The position numbers were made by a program, and so were the translations under genes. The notes under the pieces are model-generated. The model ran no database searches and had not been told where the DNA came from. It saw nothing but the letters and a program-made list of their open reading frames with translations. A DNA stretch of 61,282 bases, the filler included, from a bacterium (GTDB lineage: Bacteria > UBA9089 > CG2-30-40-21 > SBAY01): NCBI GenBank assembly GCA_040757115.1. It is 4 parts of 4 records of this genome, joined end to end, with 100 filler letters (N's around TTAATTAATTAA, not from the genome) between each part and the next. Parts side by side here need not be neighbours in the genome. Positions count along the whole stretch, not along the records: positions 15,548 to 30,954 come from JBFLYA010000086.1; 3 more parts are not named here. One strand, 5' to 3'. The number at the start of each line of letters is the position of its first letter. Position 1 is the stretch's first letter. Shown here one piece after another: positions 19,854 through 31,054 of this stretch.

Positions 19854-20227
19854 GTAACTATTCAGCCTTATTATATCTCACCGCAGAGACGCAGAGAAAA
19901 AATTAAAATCTATTTACCAGAGACAGAAATTTCGAGACGGTTCATTTTATCGTTTTCCCTATGATTGGTTTCGGATATACATTTGTAAACATTCACAGAA
20001 AGTTGAAATTGGCGAATTTCAACTCCATTTTCTAACCACAAGCTTTCAAACAAAAGTGAACCGTCCCGAAATTTCCTTTTTTTGTACATTTCGGGTCTTT
20101 CGTCGTTTATTAATCTTTTAATACTTACTTTTGACTAACTGTTTTTAAACCTTTTTAAACACCGAGAAACACGAAAAAAAAGATATTTTCCTCTCTGTTT
20201 CTCTGCGTCTCTGCGGTGAGTAGTTAT
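19854..20227. mobile_element. Composite/nested miniature element (family C arms with an internal inverted-repeat element at ~19926-20075)
   Basis: GTAACTATTCAG...CCGCAGAGACGCAGAG left, CTCTGCGTCTCTGCGGTGAGTAGTTA right; internal GAAATTTCGAGACGGTTCA / TGAACCGTCCCGAAATTTC. Confidence 0.65.
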
Positions 20228-22590
20228 GTAAAATTCCATTCCCAATCACGAATTTCGGGCATATCCTGACCGTACTTGACGATATACTCTTTATGCTGAA
20301 TGAGTTTATCTCGAACAAACTGTTTGGTATAAGCGGCGATATAGCCCAGTTTAGGCACACGGTCAATAACATCAGCCACTAAATGAAAACGGTCAAGGTC
20401 ATTACGCACCGCCATATCAAAGGGAGTGGTTGTTGTTCCTTCCTCTTTATATCCCCGCACATGGAGATTTTTGTGATTTGTTCGTCGGTAGGATAAGCGA
20501 TGTATCAACCAGGGATAGCCGTGATAAGCAAAGATAATTGGTTTATCCGTGGTGAAGAGTATATCAAAATCTTTATTTGATAAACCATGAGGGTGTTCCT
20601 CTTTGGGTTGAAGTGTCATCAGGTCAACGACATTGATGAGGCGGATTTTCAATTCAGGCACCTGTTGTCGCAACAAATTGACTGCGGCAAGAGTTTCCAA
20701 TGTTGGAACATCACCAGCACAAGCCATGACGACATCTGGCTCCTCGCCTTTATCGTTACTAGCCCATTCCCAGATACCAACGCCAGCGGTGCAGTGTTTA
20801 ATTGCCGCATCCATATTCAACCATTGTGGTTGTGGATGTTTGCCCGCAATAATCACATTGATAAAATTACGGCTACGCAAACATTTATCTGCTACAAAAA
20901 GAAGTGTATTTGCATCCGGTGGCAGATAGACCCGAATAATATCCGCCTTTTTATTTACCACATGGTCGATAAAGCCGGGGTCTTGATGGCTGAAGCCGTT
21001 ATGGTCCTGGCGCCAGACATGGGAGGTAAGCAGGTAGTTAAGTGAGGCAATTGGTCTTCGCCAGGCAACCTCTTTGCTGGCGACTTTAAGCCATTTGGCA
21101 TGCTGGTTAAACATCGAATCAACAATATGGATGAATGCCTCATAACAGGAAAAAAAGCCGTGTCGGCCGGTGAGAAGATAACCTTCCAGCCAGCCCTGAC
21201 AGGTATGTTCACTCAGTATTTCCATCACCCGTCCATCGGGTGAGAGATGGTCATCCTCAGGAATAGTTTTTTCTAACCAGGTGCGGTCAGTTACCTCAAA
21301 TAGGGCATCAAGCCGATTGGAGGCAGTTTCATCTGGTCCGAAAACTCTGAAATTTCGGCTCTCCATATTTAGTTTCATCACATCCCGAAGAAATCGTCCC
21401 AGCACACGGGTATCCTCTGCTACGACCTTACCTGGTGCAAGCACTTCAACCGCATAATCACGGAAATCAGGCATTTTCAGGTCTTTTAGCAGGATACCGC
21501 CGTTAGTATGTGGATTTGCTCCCATTCGTTGTTCGCCCGCAGGAGGAAGTTTAGCCAGTTCTGGAATGAGCCGACCGTTTTTATCAAAGAGTTCCTCCGG
21601 TTTATAACTTCTCATCCATTCTTCAAGCAATTTTATATGTCCAGGATTTTTCTCCATATCCGCAAAAGGCACCTGGTGAGAACGCCAGAAATCTTCTGTT
21701 TTTAACCCGTCAACCTCTTTTGGTCCTGTCCAGCCTTTGGGTGTGCGCAGGATAATCATTGGCCACTGCGGACGATTAGCCTTACCTGTAGAGCGGACAT
21801 CATTCTGAGTAGTTTTGATTTCATTAATGACCGTATCAAGGGTTTCTGCCATCAACTGGTGCATTGCCTCAGGTTCAGCCCCTTCAACAAAATAAGGTTT
21901 GTAGCCGTAGCCGATAAACAGGTCTTTGAGTTCTTCATGGCTTATTCTTGAAAGCACGGTAGGATTGGCAATTTTGTAGCCGTTCAAGTGAAGAATGGGC
22001 AAAACCGCCCCATCGGTGATAGGATTAAGAAACTTATTTGAATGCCAGGCAGTAGCCAGTGGGCCTGTTTCTGCCTCACCATCACCTACGATACAAGCGA
22101 CAATTAAATCTGGATTATCAAAAGCCGCACCATAGGCATGTGAAACAGCATAGCCCAGTTCTCCGCCTTCGTGGATAGAACCTGGTGTTTCAGAACCAGT
22201 ATGACTGGAGATACCACCCGGAAATGAAAATTGCTTAAATAGCCTCTTCATCCCCTCTACATCCTGAGAAATATGTGGATATACCTCGCTGTAAGTTCCT
22301 TCAAGATAGACATTAGCCACTAAAGATGGGCCTCCGTGTCCGGGACCAGTGACAAAAATCATATTAAGATTGTGCGTCTTAATCACCCGATTAAGATGGA
22401 CATAGATAAAATTCAGCCCTGGGGTAGTTCCCCAATGTCCAAGTATCCGCGGTTTAATATGTTCCAGTCTAAGTGGCTCTCGCAATAGTGGATTGTCACA
22501 GAGATAAATTTGTCCAACCGCAAGATAATTTACCGCCCGCCAGTAAGCATCTATTTCCTTTAGTTCTTCATTAGAAACTATTAGAGACAT
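20224..22590 (-). CDS. xfp: Xylulose-5-P/fructose-6-P phosphoketolase
   Basis: [47 protein letters not shown]. Confidence 0.95.
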   Translation of the reverse strand: MSLIVSNEELKEIDAYWRAVNYLAVGQIYLCDNPLLREPLRLEHIKPRILGHWGTTPGLNFIYVHLNRVIKTHNLNMIFVTGPGHGGPSLVANVYLEGTYSEVYPHISQDVEGMKRLFKQFSFPGGISSHTGSETPGSIHEGGELGYAVSHAYGAAFDNPDLIVACIVGDGEAETGPLATAWHSNKFLNPITDGAVLPILHLNGYKIANPTVLSRISHEELKDLFIGYGYKPYFVEGAEPEAMHQLMAETLDTVINEIKTTQNDVRSTGKANRPQWPMIILRTPKGWTGPKEVDGLKTEDFWRSHQVPFADMEKNPGHIKLLEEWMRSYKPEELFDKNGRLIPELAKLPPAGEQRMGANPHTNGGILLKDLKMPDFRDYAVEVLAPGKVVAEDTRVLGRFLRDVMKLNMESRNFRVFGPDETASNRLDALFEVTDRTWLEKTIPEDDHLSPDGRVMEILSEHTCQGWLEGYLLTGRHGFFSCYEAFIHIVDSMFNQHAKWLKVASKEVAWRRPIASLNYLLTSHVWRQDHNGFSHQDPGFIDHVVNKKADIIRVYLPPDANTLLFVADKCLRSRNFINVIIAGKHPQPQWLNMDAAIKHCTAGVGIWEWASNDKGEEPDVVMACAGDVPTLETLAAVNLLRQQVPELKIRLINVVDLMTLQPKEEHPHGLSNKDFDILFTTDKPIIFAYHGYPWLIHRLSYRRTNHKNLHVRGYKEEGTTTTPFDMAVRNDLDRFHLVADVIDRVPKLGYIAAYTKQFVRDKLIQHKEYIVKYGQDMPEIRDWEWNFT

Positions 22591-22725
22591 TTTAGATTAC
22601 CTCCTTTTTTCAAAAGAAATCTCTTGAAATCTGACACTTCTATCAATAAATGGTTTAATCTCTCTATATATGATGAATCTACCCTTTTACAAGCCGCCCA
22701 GGTTTGGTTTAAACATACTTATTGC

Positions 22726-22893
22726 TTATTTTTTAGCATTCCCTTCAACGATTTTTATTTCGTCTTCGGTTAAGCCGTAAAGTTGGTAAACCATCTGGTC
22801 AATCTGGTTTTCGTATTCTTTGACTTGTGCCTGCTTTTCTGAATTTTGCAAATGATCATCATCGCCGGTAATTGCAAAAATTTTATCTACCAT
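22726..22893 (-). pseudogene. Copy 3 of the RM gene 3' end (55-aa mini-ORF)
   Basis: MVDKIFAITGDDDHLQNSEKQAQVKEYENQIDQMVYQLYGLTEDEIKIVEGNAKK*; ATG overlaps the YhcG stop (TAATG). Confidence 0.85.
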
Positions 22894-23915
22894 TACCTTT
22901 TTATAAGTTTCTTGTCTTTAATAATAATTTTTTCTACAGCTTTTTGAAGAAGCTTTTTATCTGGTAAAGACAAGCGATATTTTGAAGCAAAAAGTTTATT
23001 TGAAATTCCACCCAAAGCATATTCAACTAATACATGGTCTTTTTGAGCACCTAAAATAATACCTACAGGTTCATTGTCATCCTCTGTCATTTCTTCTTTC
23101 TTAAAATAATTCAAATATAAATTCATTTGTCCAATATCTTGATGATTTATTGCTCCGAGTTTAAGGTCAATTAAAACAAAACATTTTAAAATTCGCTGAT
23201 AAAAAACCAAATCAATATAAAAATGTTTATTATTCAAACTGATACGATACTGTCGTGCAACAAAAGAAAATCCTTTACCTAATTCCAATAGAAAACTTTG
23301 CATATTATCTATAATTCTTTGTTCCAATTCTTTTTCTGAATACCGATAATCTTCAGGAATACCCAAAAACTCCAAAACATAAGGGTCTTTTACCATATCT
23401 TCAGGTTTCGCAATCTGCTGTGCTTTAGATGCAAGTTTAAGCACACCTTTTTTATCTTTACTTAACGCTAATCGTTCAAAGAGCATGGAATCTATCTGTC
23501 GTTCTAATTCGCGGGTACTCCAATGATTTGTAATACATTCTTTTTCATAAAAAGACCGAGATAGTTCATCTTCTATTGAAAGAAGAAGCACAATATGTGT
23601 CCAGGACAAAATGGCAGGCACTGCCTGCCATTTTTGATATGCAAGGTAAAAGTTACGCATATTCAACACATTTCTTCTTGAAAAACCTTTGCCATAGCGA
23701 GTTTTTAAATCTTTAGATAATCTGTCCAGAAGATGAGAACCATAAACTGGTTTTTCACGATTCTCTTGCTCATAAACAACAATATGATGTCCAATCTCCC
23801 AATAAGTTTTAGTCAATATAGTGTTTATTTGTTGATATGCTTTTTGTCGTGCTTCGTTTAGAAGACTACCTATTGAATCTAAAAGATTTTGATAAGGTTT
23901 TGTTATGTTTTTCAT
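22893..23915 (-). CDS. YhcG/DUF1016 PD-(D/E)XK nuclease-domain protein
   Basis: YWEIG, GKGFSRRN, LSWTH, WSTRELERQI, KDPYVLEFL, FLLELGKGFSFVARQ, GQMNLY. Confidence 0.92.
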   Translation of the reverse strand: MKNITKPYQNLLDSIGSLLNEARQKAYQQINTILTKTYWEIGHHIVVYEQENREKPVYGSHLLDRLSKDLKTRYGKGFSRRNVLNMRNFYLAYQKWQAVPAILSWTHIVLLLSIEDELSRSFYEKECITNHWSTRELERQIDSMLFERLALSKDKKGVLKLASKAQQIAKPEDMVKDPYVLEFLGIPEDYRYSEKELEQRIIDNMQSFLLELGKGFSFVARQYRISLNNKHFYIDLVFYQRILKCFVLIDLKLGAINHQDIGQMNLYLNYFKKEEMTEDDNEPVGIILGAQKDHVLVEYALGGISNKLFASKYRLSLPDKKLLQKAVEKIIIKDKKLIKR

Positions 23916-23919
23916 AATT

Positions 23920-24100
23920 TTATTTCTCCCCCTCTACTATTTTTATTTCGTCTTCAGTTAAACCGTAAAGTTTGTAGACCATCTGGTCAATCTGGTGTTC
24001 GTATTCCTTAACTTTTGCCTGCTTGGTAGAATTGGTTAAATAATCGTCATCCTTCGTGATGGCAAGGATTTTATCTACCAGGGGAAAATGGTTGCTGACC
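23920..24100 (-). pseudogene. Copy 2 of the RM gene 3' end
   Basis: QQPF/(frameshift)LVDKILAITKDDDYLTNSTKQAKVKEYEHQIDQMVYKLYGLTEDEIKIVEGEK*. Confidence 0.85.
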
Positions 24101-24130
24101 TAAAGCTTCTCTCTGGTTGACAAAAAATAC

Positions 24131-24160
24131 TTGACAAACATAATTAATATATGCTATACT
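24131..24160 (+). promoter_or_regulatory. sigma70 promoter TTGACA-18-(TGc)TATACT with no downstream ORF
   Basis: -35 at 24131-24136; extended -10 at 24152-24160. Confidence 0.75.
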
Positions 24161-24166
24161 AACTAT

Positions 24167-24240
24167 AGACTCGGGTAGTAATTGGAGATGTCAGGCAGGG
24201 ACTGACTATCGTTTGACAATTACCACACCTGAGTCTTTTT
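24167..24240 (+). ncRNA. Candidate ~74-nt hairpin RNA convergent with the DUF3800 gene
   Basis: Stems AGACUCGGGU/ACCUGAGUCU (10 bp), GUAAUUG/CAAUUAC (7 bp), GAU/AUC and GUCAG/CUGAC with loop GCAGGGA; 3' U-run; begins at the expected start site of the promoter. Confidence 0.7.
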
Positions 24241-24988
24241 ATTTTGGTTTCCAGTACCAAATATTAAATTTAGGATAATACTCTTCCACAGATCTTTTTG
24301 AATATTTATTCCATGTTTCTGGTAAAAGATTTTTTACTTTCAACTTTGAAATAAGATGTTCTCTAATCTGATTTTTAAACTTGTTTTGAGTCGGTTTCAG
24401 ATTATTTAAAATACATCCCATCAAAATATCTCCAATTTGATTTACCTGATATTGCTCTAAATGTGAAGGGATGTCGATAACATCCTTTAATGTTGGGATG
24501 TGTGAATTGAGTGAATGTTTTCCATAAGGTAGACAAAACTCCTGTTTCATTATTTCGATAAACTCATCTCCATTACATCTTGTCAAACTATCCACAAGGA
24601 GGACAGCATTAAAGATATTTTCTGTATTATGACTCATCAACAACTCGGCAAATTTCTTATAAAGCCTTGCTCTTTTTAGTCTTTCATCCTCCCATCTTTT
24701 GCCAAAGCGATTTAGGTCAATCAATCTTTGTTCTACTACCACACACCGGAACCAACTGGTAGTCTCAAAGAAAATATCCACCGCAGATTTGGCAATTTGA
24801 AGTTTTTTGTTATCAGTAACATAATTATATTTAATCTCCCTTAACATTCCATTTTGAGAGAAATAACTATATTTTTTCTTTACCTCTGATAATTTTCGGT
24901 GAAGGAATTTAGGGTGGGGATTAAAAAGTGCTCCCAGTAACAAATATTGATGGTCATTATCATAAGATTCGTCAAAGTATATTAACAC
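24239..24988 (-). CDS. DUF3800-family protein
   Basis: N-terminal LIYFDES, REIKY, C-terminal QIGDILMG; GTG start after an AGGGGT RBS. Confidence 0.8.
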   Translation of the reverse strand: MLIYFDESYDNDHQYLLLGALFNPHPKFLHRKLSEVKKKYSYFSQNGMLREIKYNYVTDNKKLQIAKSAVDIFFETTSWFRCVVVEQRLIDLNRFGKRWEDERLKRARLYKKFAELLMSHNTENIFNAVLLVDSLTRCNGDEFIEIMKQEFCLPYGKHSLNSHIPTLKDVIDIPSHLEQYQVNQIGDILMGCILNNLKPTQNKFKNQIREHLISKLKVKNLLPETWNKYSKRSVEEYYPKFNIWYWKPK

Positions 24989-25040
24989 GATGTTACCCCT
25001 TCGTTCTTTGGAATTACTGGTGAGTATTATACACCCCACA

Positions 25041-28000
25041 CTATCTTTCAACCATTTTTATCTCGTCTTCAGTTAAACCGTATAGTTCATAAACCCTCTG
25101 GTCAATCTGGCGTTCGTATTCTTTGACTTTCGCTTGCTTGCTCGGATTATCTAAATAATCGTCATCCTTTCTTATTGAAAGAATTTTATCTACAAGAGAA
25201 ATAAAGGGTTGTTGGTCGGATTTGGATATTATTTTTATTGGCAATTTTTTTAAATCATCAGGGTAAAAACCAATTTGACTCCTCCTAATTGAATCTAAGA
25301 ACTTATAAGCAAACTGTGAATTAAGAATTGCCAGAAGATATTTTAAATTAAAACGCCTTGAATTTTCTTCTAATTGATTTCTGAATGGATAAATATTCTT
25401 AATTTTAAAGTCTTTCTTAATGCTTCCATCAATGCTTCTGTTTTGAACATCTTTAAGGTCCTTCCATAAAACAGAGACAAAACAACTGTCATTACACAAC
25501 AAACCAGAGTTATCAAGTATGGCAGGTGTCATTCTGCCCTTTATTATTTTTTCAGGTAAATATAATTCTGGAAAGGTTGGTCTAACTAATTTTTTAGGAC
25601 TCCTTTTAGTTTCCCATTCCAGATATTTTATTTTTTCTATCACATATTTATTAATCCATTTACCTTCAATATAAGGTTTTGGATGTATTTTATCTTGAAC
25701 ATCAGAAATTAAATCTTCTTTGGTAAATTCACCTTTCCAAAAACGCTCGTCGTTGCTAGGTCTTAATCCATAACTCACATAACAAATTTCACCCCAAGTT
25801 AAAGCATTTGATAAATTCCCAAAAGAATTATTTTCAATATCCATCTTAAAAGTATTCTCATCCATTTCTGATTGCTTCTTTGAAGGGAGCAAAACAAAAT
25901 TATTCCATTCATTAATATGTTTAATTCGTAATGGAATATGATTTTCATCTTTTGCTTTTTTATATTCAATAATAATATTCCTAACCGCCACTTCAAATAT
26001 TTTTAATTCTGAACAAAAATTTATCCTATTTATTAGGGCATTTTCTAAAAAGTATCTATGTGATTTTATTGCATATTTTGAAGTCATATAGGCATCAGGA
26101 ATAATAAATTCAAGGATGCCATAAGATGTAAGAATTTTATAACCTCTTTCAATAAATGCTACATATAAATCCCACTTCTCCCATAAAGTTTCATAGGCAT
26201 TGTATTTTTTTACTGCATCTCTTTGCTTTTTGATTTCTGGATTATCAGCTCTAACATACGGCGGATTTGCTATAACAATATCAAATCCCCCTGTTACTCC
26301 GAACATCCATTCCGGGTCAAAGAAATCTGCAGAAGCGTTCTGGTCATATAAATCAAATTTTGCAATCTTCTCTGCCGTGGATGTATCCCACCCGCTGTAT
26401 TTTAATAAATCAGCAATCTCCTTACGAATTTGCGCATCTTTCTTTTGATAGTCAAGTTTCTCTTTTCTTGTTTTTGCTTCAAAGTATTTATGCCTGATTT
26501 GTTTTAGCTCTTCCTCCTTCTTTTCAATGTCAGGATTTTTAAATGACATTTGTTGAGGTTTATCAAGTCCAAGCAATGTATTTGCTGATACAAATCTTGT
26601 TTCAAGGTTTGGTAGTGCTCTTATGCCGAAATTTTCCTTATTTCTATCAACCTTTTGGTCTAAAACAAGAGAAATAAAAAACCGCAGTTTTGAGATTTGA
26701 ATGGCTATGGGCTGGATGTCAACTCCGTAAATACAATTTTCTATGAGATACAATTTACGGGCATAATCAGGATAGTTTATACTTTCGTCAAATGTTTCGT
26801 TTATCTCTTTAAGACGCTCTTCCCTTTGGTTTTTATCACCCTGTTTAAATACCTCTTCAGATTCTTTGAGTGCCTTTTGGTATTGCAATTCCTTCCACTG
26901 TTCGTTATCAGGGTCTAACTTCTGAAGAGCAGAAACAAGTTTGTGCAGGATACCCATTGGAAAAGCCCCTGAACCACAGGCAGGGTCAAGAATCTTAACC
27001 TCATCAATTGCTGATATTATCTTTTGTTTCTCTTCTTTTGAAAACACCGGGTTCTCTTCTGAATAGGAAAGAAGTGTTTTAATTTTTTCTTCTGCCTGCG
27101 CCGAGGCTTTGGCAGACAGGTCATCAGTTTCATGAAGTTTTTCTTTGAGGTATTCAAACAGACTTGCTTCCACCATATAGTCAACTATCTCTCTGGGTGT
27201 GTAGTAACTCCCTGTTGCTTTTCTTGCTGTGGTTGCTGTTTCCGGGTTATATGAAGCAAGCAGGTTTTCAAATACATTGCCGAGCAATTCTGGGTCCAAT
27301 GCTATTTCCTGGTCTATAGGTGTGTTTTCATCAATGGTAAAATTGTAATTATTCAAAATCTCAATCAGTCCTCTGACAGGTTTATTACCGAGACCATATT
27401 GGGACAGGTCAACTCTTTCCTCTTCCTGTTGAAAAAATAAATAGTCCGGGATGATTGAGTGCTTTGCTGGGTTTCTTGAAAACCCATCCACATAAATCAC
27501 CTTTCCTGTTTCATCTTCTTTATCAAGGCNNNNNNNNNNNNNNNNNNNNNNNNNNNNNNNNNNNNNNNNNNNNNNNNNNNNNNNNNNNNNNNNNNNNNNN
27601 NNNNNNNNNNNNNNNNNNNNNNNNNNNNNGACAGGTCAACTCTTTCCTCTTCCTGTTGAAAAAATAAATAGTCCGGGATGATTGAGTGCTTTGCTGGGTT
27701 TCTTGAAAACCCATCCACATAAATCACCTTTCCTGTTTCATCTTCTTTATCAAGGCAATCAAATAAACCACCGTTTAAGAAAGGAATGTCCTTAAGGAGT
27801 TTCAAAACCTCGTCTTTACTTATCAAGAACTTACCACCATAACGATATAGGTTTTTGACGCCATATTCTTTTTTATTTACTTCAACGCCACCCTCCTGCA
27901 CAAACTTCCTTTCATCCATCTTTTGATTCAATGTGCCAAAGAAGAGGTTTTGCAGGATAGCATTGTAAAAATTAGACGCTTTATTGCTGTTCATAAAGTC

Positions 28001-28732
28001 CTTTAGAATTCCTGCAAGTTTCTCTCTTGAGAACAAATCAGGCAGAATTAAGCCCTTTTCCATCAAAAACCAGATGAAGATAATTCTTGTGATTAAACGA
28101 ATAAGATTTGTTGCATTGCGTATCTCTTTATCCCTGTCAGGGTCAGTGCTGTGTTTATAATCATCGGGAAACTTAATTTTGTCCATCGCCCAGAAATACC
28201 AGGTTTGAATCTCACTATAAAACTGCTTTCTAACAGGGTCAACAGAGAATGCTTCTTTGATATTTGCTAATGTAGAAAGATTCCCCTCACCGATTTGTTT
28301 AAGGAAGGTTTTGTTAGTAATTTCTCTACTTACAAAATAGGTAAATCTTTTGAAATTACTCCAGTCTCGGCGTGTTCCCAGATAATTAGTGTAAATTAAA
28401 CTGAAACGGAAATTGCCCTGAGGGGTATAAAAAATAAATATTCCTGCATCTGCTTGTTGTTCTTTTAATATTTTTTTACCAAGGTTATATTGTGCTTTTT
28501 TGCCCGAGCGTTCTGTAAGTTCTTTTTTGACCAGAAATGAACAGACAATAAGTTCTCCGTCATCAAGTTTGCCTTCGGCTAAAATCTTTCCTTCTGTCCA
28601 ATTGTTTTCGGCATCGTCATAACCAAGTGGTTCATCAGGATACCTCATCTTATCGTTTTTTGCCCGGAAAAATCTTTCAAACCTATCAGGAGAAAATTCG
28701 CTAATTATATTATCTAAAATTTCTTTGCTCAT
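25041..28732 (-). CDS. Type IIG (Eco57I/TaqI-C-like) restriction-modification / N6-adenine methyltransferase; one gene split by a scaffold gap
   Basis: IPFLNGGLF, ELLGNVFENLL, TGSYYTP, ILDPACGSGAF, DIVIANPPY, TaqI-C-like target recognition domain. 27403-27529 is identical to 27630-27756 across the N gap. Confidence 0.9.
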
Positions 28733-28900
28733 TTTGACCTCTTAATAACTTTCCAATAGCCACCTTTATCGGGACCGATTCTCTTTAATATCCCTTTTTT
28801 CTTTAAGCTAAATAAATGATGCCTGATGCTACCCTCTGTTAAACTCAGTTTTTGCATCAATTCACGCATTGAAATGTTTGGATTCTCTAATACCATATTA
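28729..28900 (-). pseudogene. Winged-HTH C-terminus of the AlbA_2 ATPase, out of frame
   Basis: IINMVLENPNISMRELMQKL...LKKKGILKRIGPDKGGYW; shifted by two 11-bp CCAGAAAACAT repeats. Confidence 0.7.
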
Positions 28901-30106
28901 ATTATTTTCTGGATGTTTTCTGGATGTTTTCTGGGTAGTTTTTTCCTCAGACCTGCGGGTGGTTTCAGAGGATTGGGCAAGCTTTAAATAGTTATAACTC
29001 TGTCTGAAAGTTACATAAAAGTAATTCTCACTAAATTCAACATCAGGAAAAGGCGAATTTTCCTTTTTACAGATTTCTCGAATTCTATCAAAACCTGTTC
29101 CCATTTTCTCACCAAAGTGAATCTTGGAAAATAAATCAGCAATAATATGATTTCTTCTAAATACAGTTTTACCGAGAACAAAATTAGACGGTTTCTGCCA
29201 GTAATTTTCAATTTTGATTCTGTCTGGTAAAAACTTCAAAATATTATTATGCCTATGCTCAAAATAGTATTTATGCATCACCGAATTTATAACTGCTTCT
29301 CTGATAGCATCAAATGGATATTCATATATGTTTTCTCTCTGAGGCATACCAGTAAACCTATAAGCTACTTTTGCATACAGCCGAATAAAATCCATAACCT
29401 TATTGACTATCTCGAACAAACTTCCCATAATTTCCTTCCTGTCTATCACATCAGTACCTTCGTTATTTTTAAAAAGAGCAACAGTAAAAACTGACCAGGG
29501 AATAAACTTCTGTGGTTCTCTGGCAAAGAAAAGAACTCCTGCATTATTAAAATATAATCTTCCTTCCTGTTTCTCGGTAACCTCTAAACTCAAAAGCACT
29601 GTTTCTGTTTTTGTTGATTTAGATAGACCTGCAAGTTCTAGAAAACTGTTCAGTTTTTCTCGGGAAAAATCTTTTGGGTATTTAAATTTTGGAACAGTTA
29701 ATTCTTCAAAGTGGATTTTACCTTCTGATTTAAAGATTTCAATTATTTCATTTCTCATCATTTTCTGGGAGTTTGGTCCTATCCTTTTAAAAAATCCAGA
29801 AGAACATTCGTAGGGTTTATCAGTTCCTTCGCGGACATTGATGAGCAATATATTCCCGAGTTCTTCTAATAGGATGAATGGCTTTGGCCTACAATTATTT
29901 GCTATATCCTGGATTTGTGATTTTAACTTGTTTGAGATTGTAATTCCTTTTGGTTGTCCATTATCACTTATTCCAAGAAAAATCTTTCCACCGGAAGCAT
30001 TTGCAAAGGCGACAATTTCTTTGTCCAATCCATTGATATTCTCTTTGAATTCTATTTTGTAACCTTCGCCTTCTTTTAAAATTAGATTTAATTCTTCTTT
30101 TTTCAT
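28898..30106 (-). CDS. AlbA_2 (Schlafen-like) domain + HATPase/RecG-C-like ATP-binding protein
   Basis: EGYKIEFKE, IVAFANASGGKIFLGISD, YPFDAIREAVINSVMH, EKMGTG. Confidence 0.85.
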   Translation of the reverse strand: MKKEELNLILKEGEGYKIEFKENINGLDKEIVAFANASGGKIFLGISDNGQPKGITISNKLKSQIQDIANNCRPKPFILLEELGNILLINVREGTDKPYECSSGFFKRIGPNSQKMMRNEIIEIFKSEGKIHFEELTVPKFKYPKDFSREKLNSFLELAGLSKSTKTETVLLSLEVTEKQEGRLYFNNAGVLFFAREPQKFIPWSVFTVALFKNNEGTDVIDRKEIMGSLFEIVNKVMDFIRLYAKVAYRFTGMPQRENIYEYPFDAIREAVINSVMHKYYFEHRHNNILKFLPDRIKIENYWQKPSNFVLGKTVFRRNHIIADLFSKIHFGEKMGTGFDRIREICKKENSPFPDVEFSENYFYVTFRQSYNYLKLAQSSETTRRSEEKTTQKTSRKHPENN

Positions 30107-30107
30107 A

Positions 30108-30749
30108 TTATTTTTGATTCTCAATGGCAACAATTATTTCTTTGGTTAAATCTTTCTGCCTTGATTTTTCCTTTTCTAAATAATTTTCACCAAGTTCCTC
30201 TTTCAAGGCATTAATTTCTTTGATTGACCTTTCAACCTTTTTCTCATCCCCACTTTCCAGATTGGCTATACGACGCAAAGTATAATCAGGTAATGTTCCG
30301 TAATCCAGAATATCTTCAAGCAGAGTTTTAAGAAAGTCTTTGTGTTCAAATATTCTTTCATCCTGAATCCTGTTAAGGAATGTCTTTAGATTGTTTATTG
30401 CCTGTTGTTCGAGACTTTTTTCAGATGCAGGAACTGGACGCACCTCTCTAAAAGATTAAATTTCTCGCAAAGGCGCAAAGAACGCAAAGTACTCAGAAAT
30501 TCCAAATTCCAAACACCAAATTCTATTCGTTCAGAGTTCATTGTTTAAGACTCCTGGTTTATTCGTTCAACGAATAACGATAAATGGATTGATGTGGAAG
30601 TTTGAATTTTAGTCATTGGGATTTATTTGTCCTTTGGAATTTGTGATTTGAAATTTCTTTGAGTCCTTTGCGCCTTTGCGAGAGGAATATCTTTTACCAC
30701 CGATGACTGACCCATTACCTGTTTTACTGTTGGTTATAAAGTTTTTCAT
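30108..30749 (-). pseudogene. Gutted helicase/PLD-type gene (N-terminal stub MKNFITNSK at 30749; C-terminal ~113 aa)
   Basis: C-terminus LLEDILDYGTLPDYTLRRI...EIIVAIEN and N-terminus resemble the large helicases found upstream of type IIG RM genes; the middle is replaced by a palindromic element. Confidence 0.5.
30463..30683. mobile_element. Palindromic element with perfect 18-bp inverted repeats (relative at 60587-60655)
   Basis: TCTCGCAAAGGCGCAAAG / CTTTGCGCCTTTGCGAGA, with nested AAATTCCAAA / TTGGAATTT arms. Confidence 0.7.
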
Positions 30750-30859
30750 AAGATTACTCAACCTTACTTTTACCTTCCTGGAAGGAGTATCCTTTATTTC
30801 TATAACTCTTTCAATGCGAAGTTGTTAAGTAGAAAATAGGTGTGATTTGTAATGTCAAC

Positions 30860-30949
30860 TGGCGGAGAGAGAGGGATTCGAACCCTCGGACGAGTTTCCC
30901 CGTCATACGCTTTCCAGGCGTACCTGTTCAGCCACTCCAGCATCTCTCC
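30860..30949 (-). tRNA. tRNA-Ser(GGA)
   Basis: GGAGAGATG...CTGGAAA anticodon loop, long variable arm, GGTTCGAATCC, encoded CCA. Confidence 0.95.
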
Positions 30950-31054
30950 CAGGANNNNNNNNNNNNNNNNNNNNNNNNNNNNNNNNNNNNNNNNNNNNTT
31001 AATTAATTAANNNNNNNNNNNNNNNNNNNNNNNNNNNNNNNNNNNNNNNNNNNN

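Noticed and set aside
27403-27756. Apparent two-gene RM system or internal duplication
   Set aside because: Same 127-bp overlap around a 100-N gap; collapsing it restores one reading frame.
30955-31054. Linkage of tRNA-Ser to the giant protein (and caspase to pepM, coiled-coil gene to LysR)
   Set aside because: Separated by artificial TTAATTAATTAA linkers, so these are different contigs.
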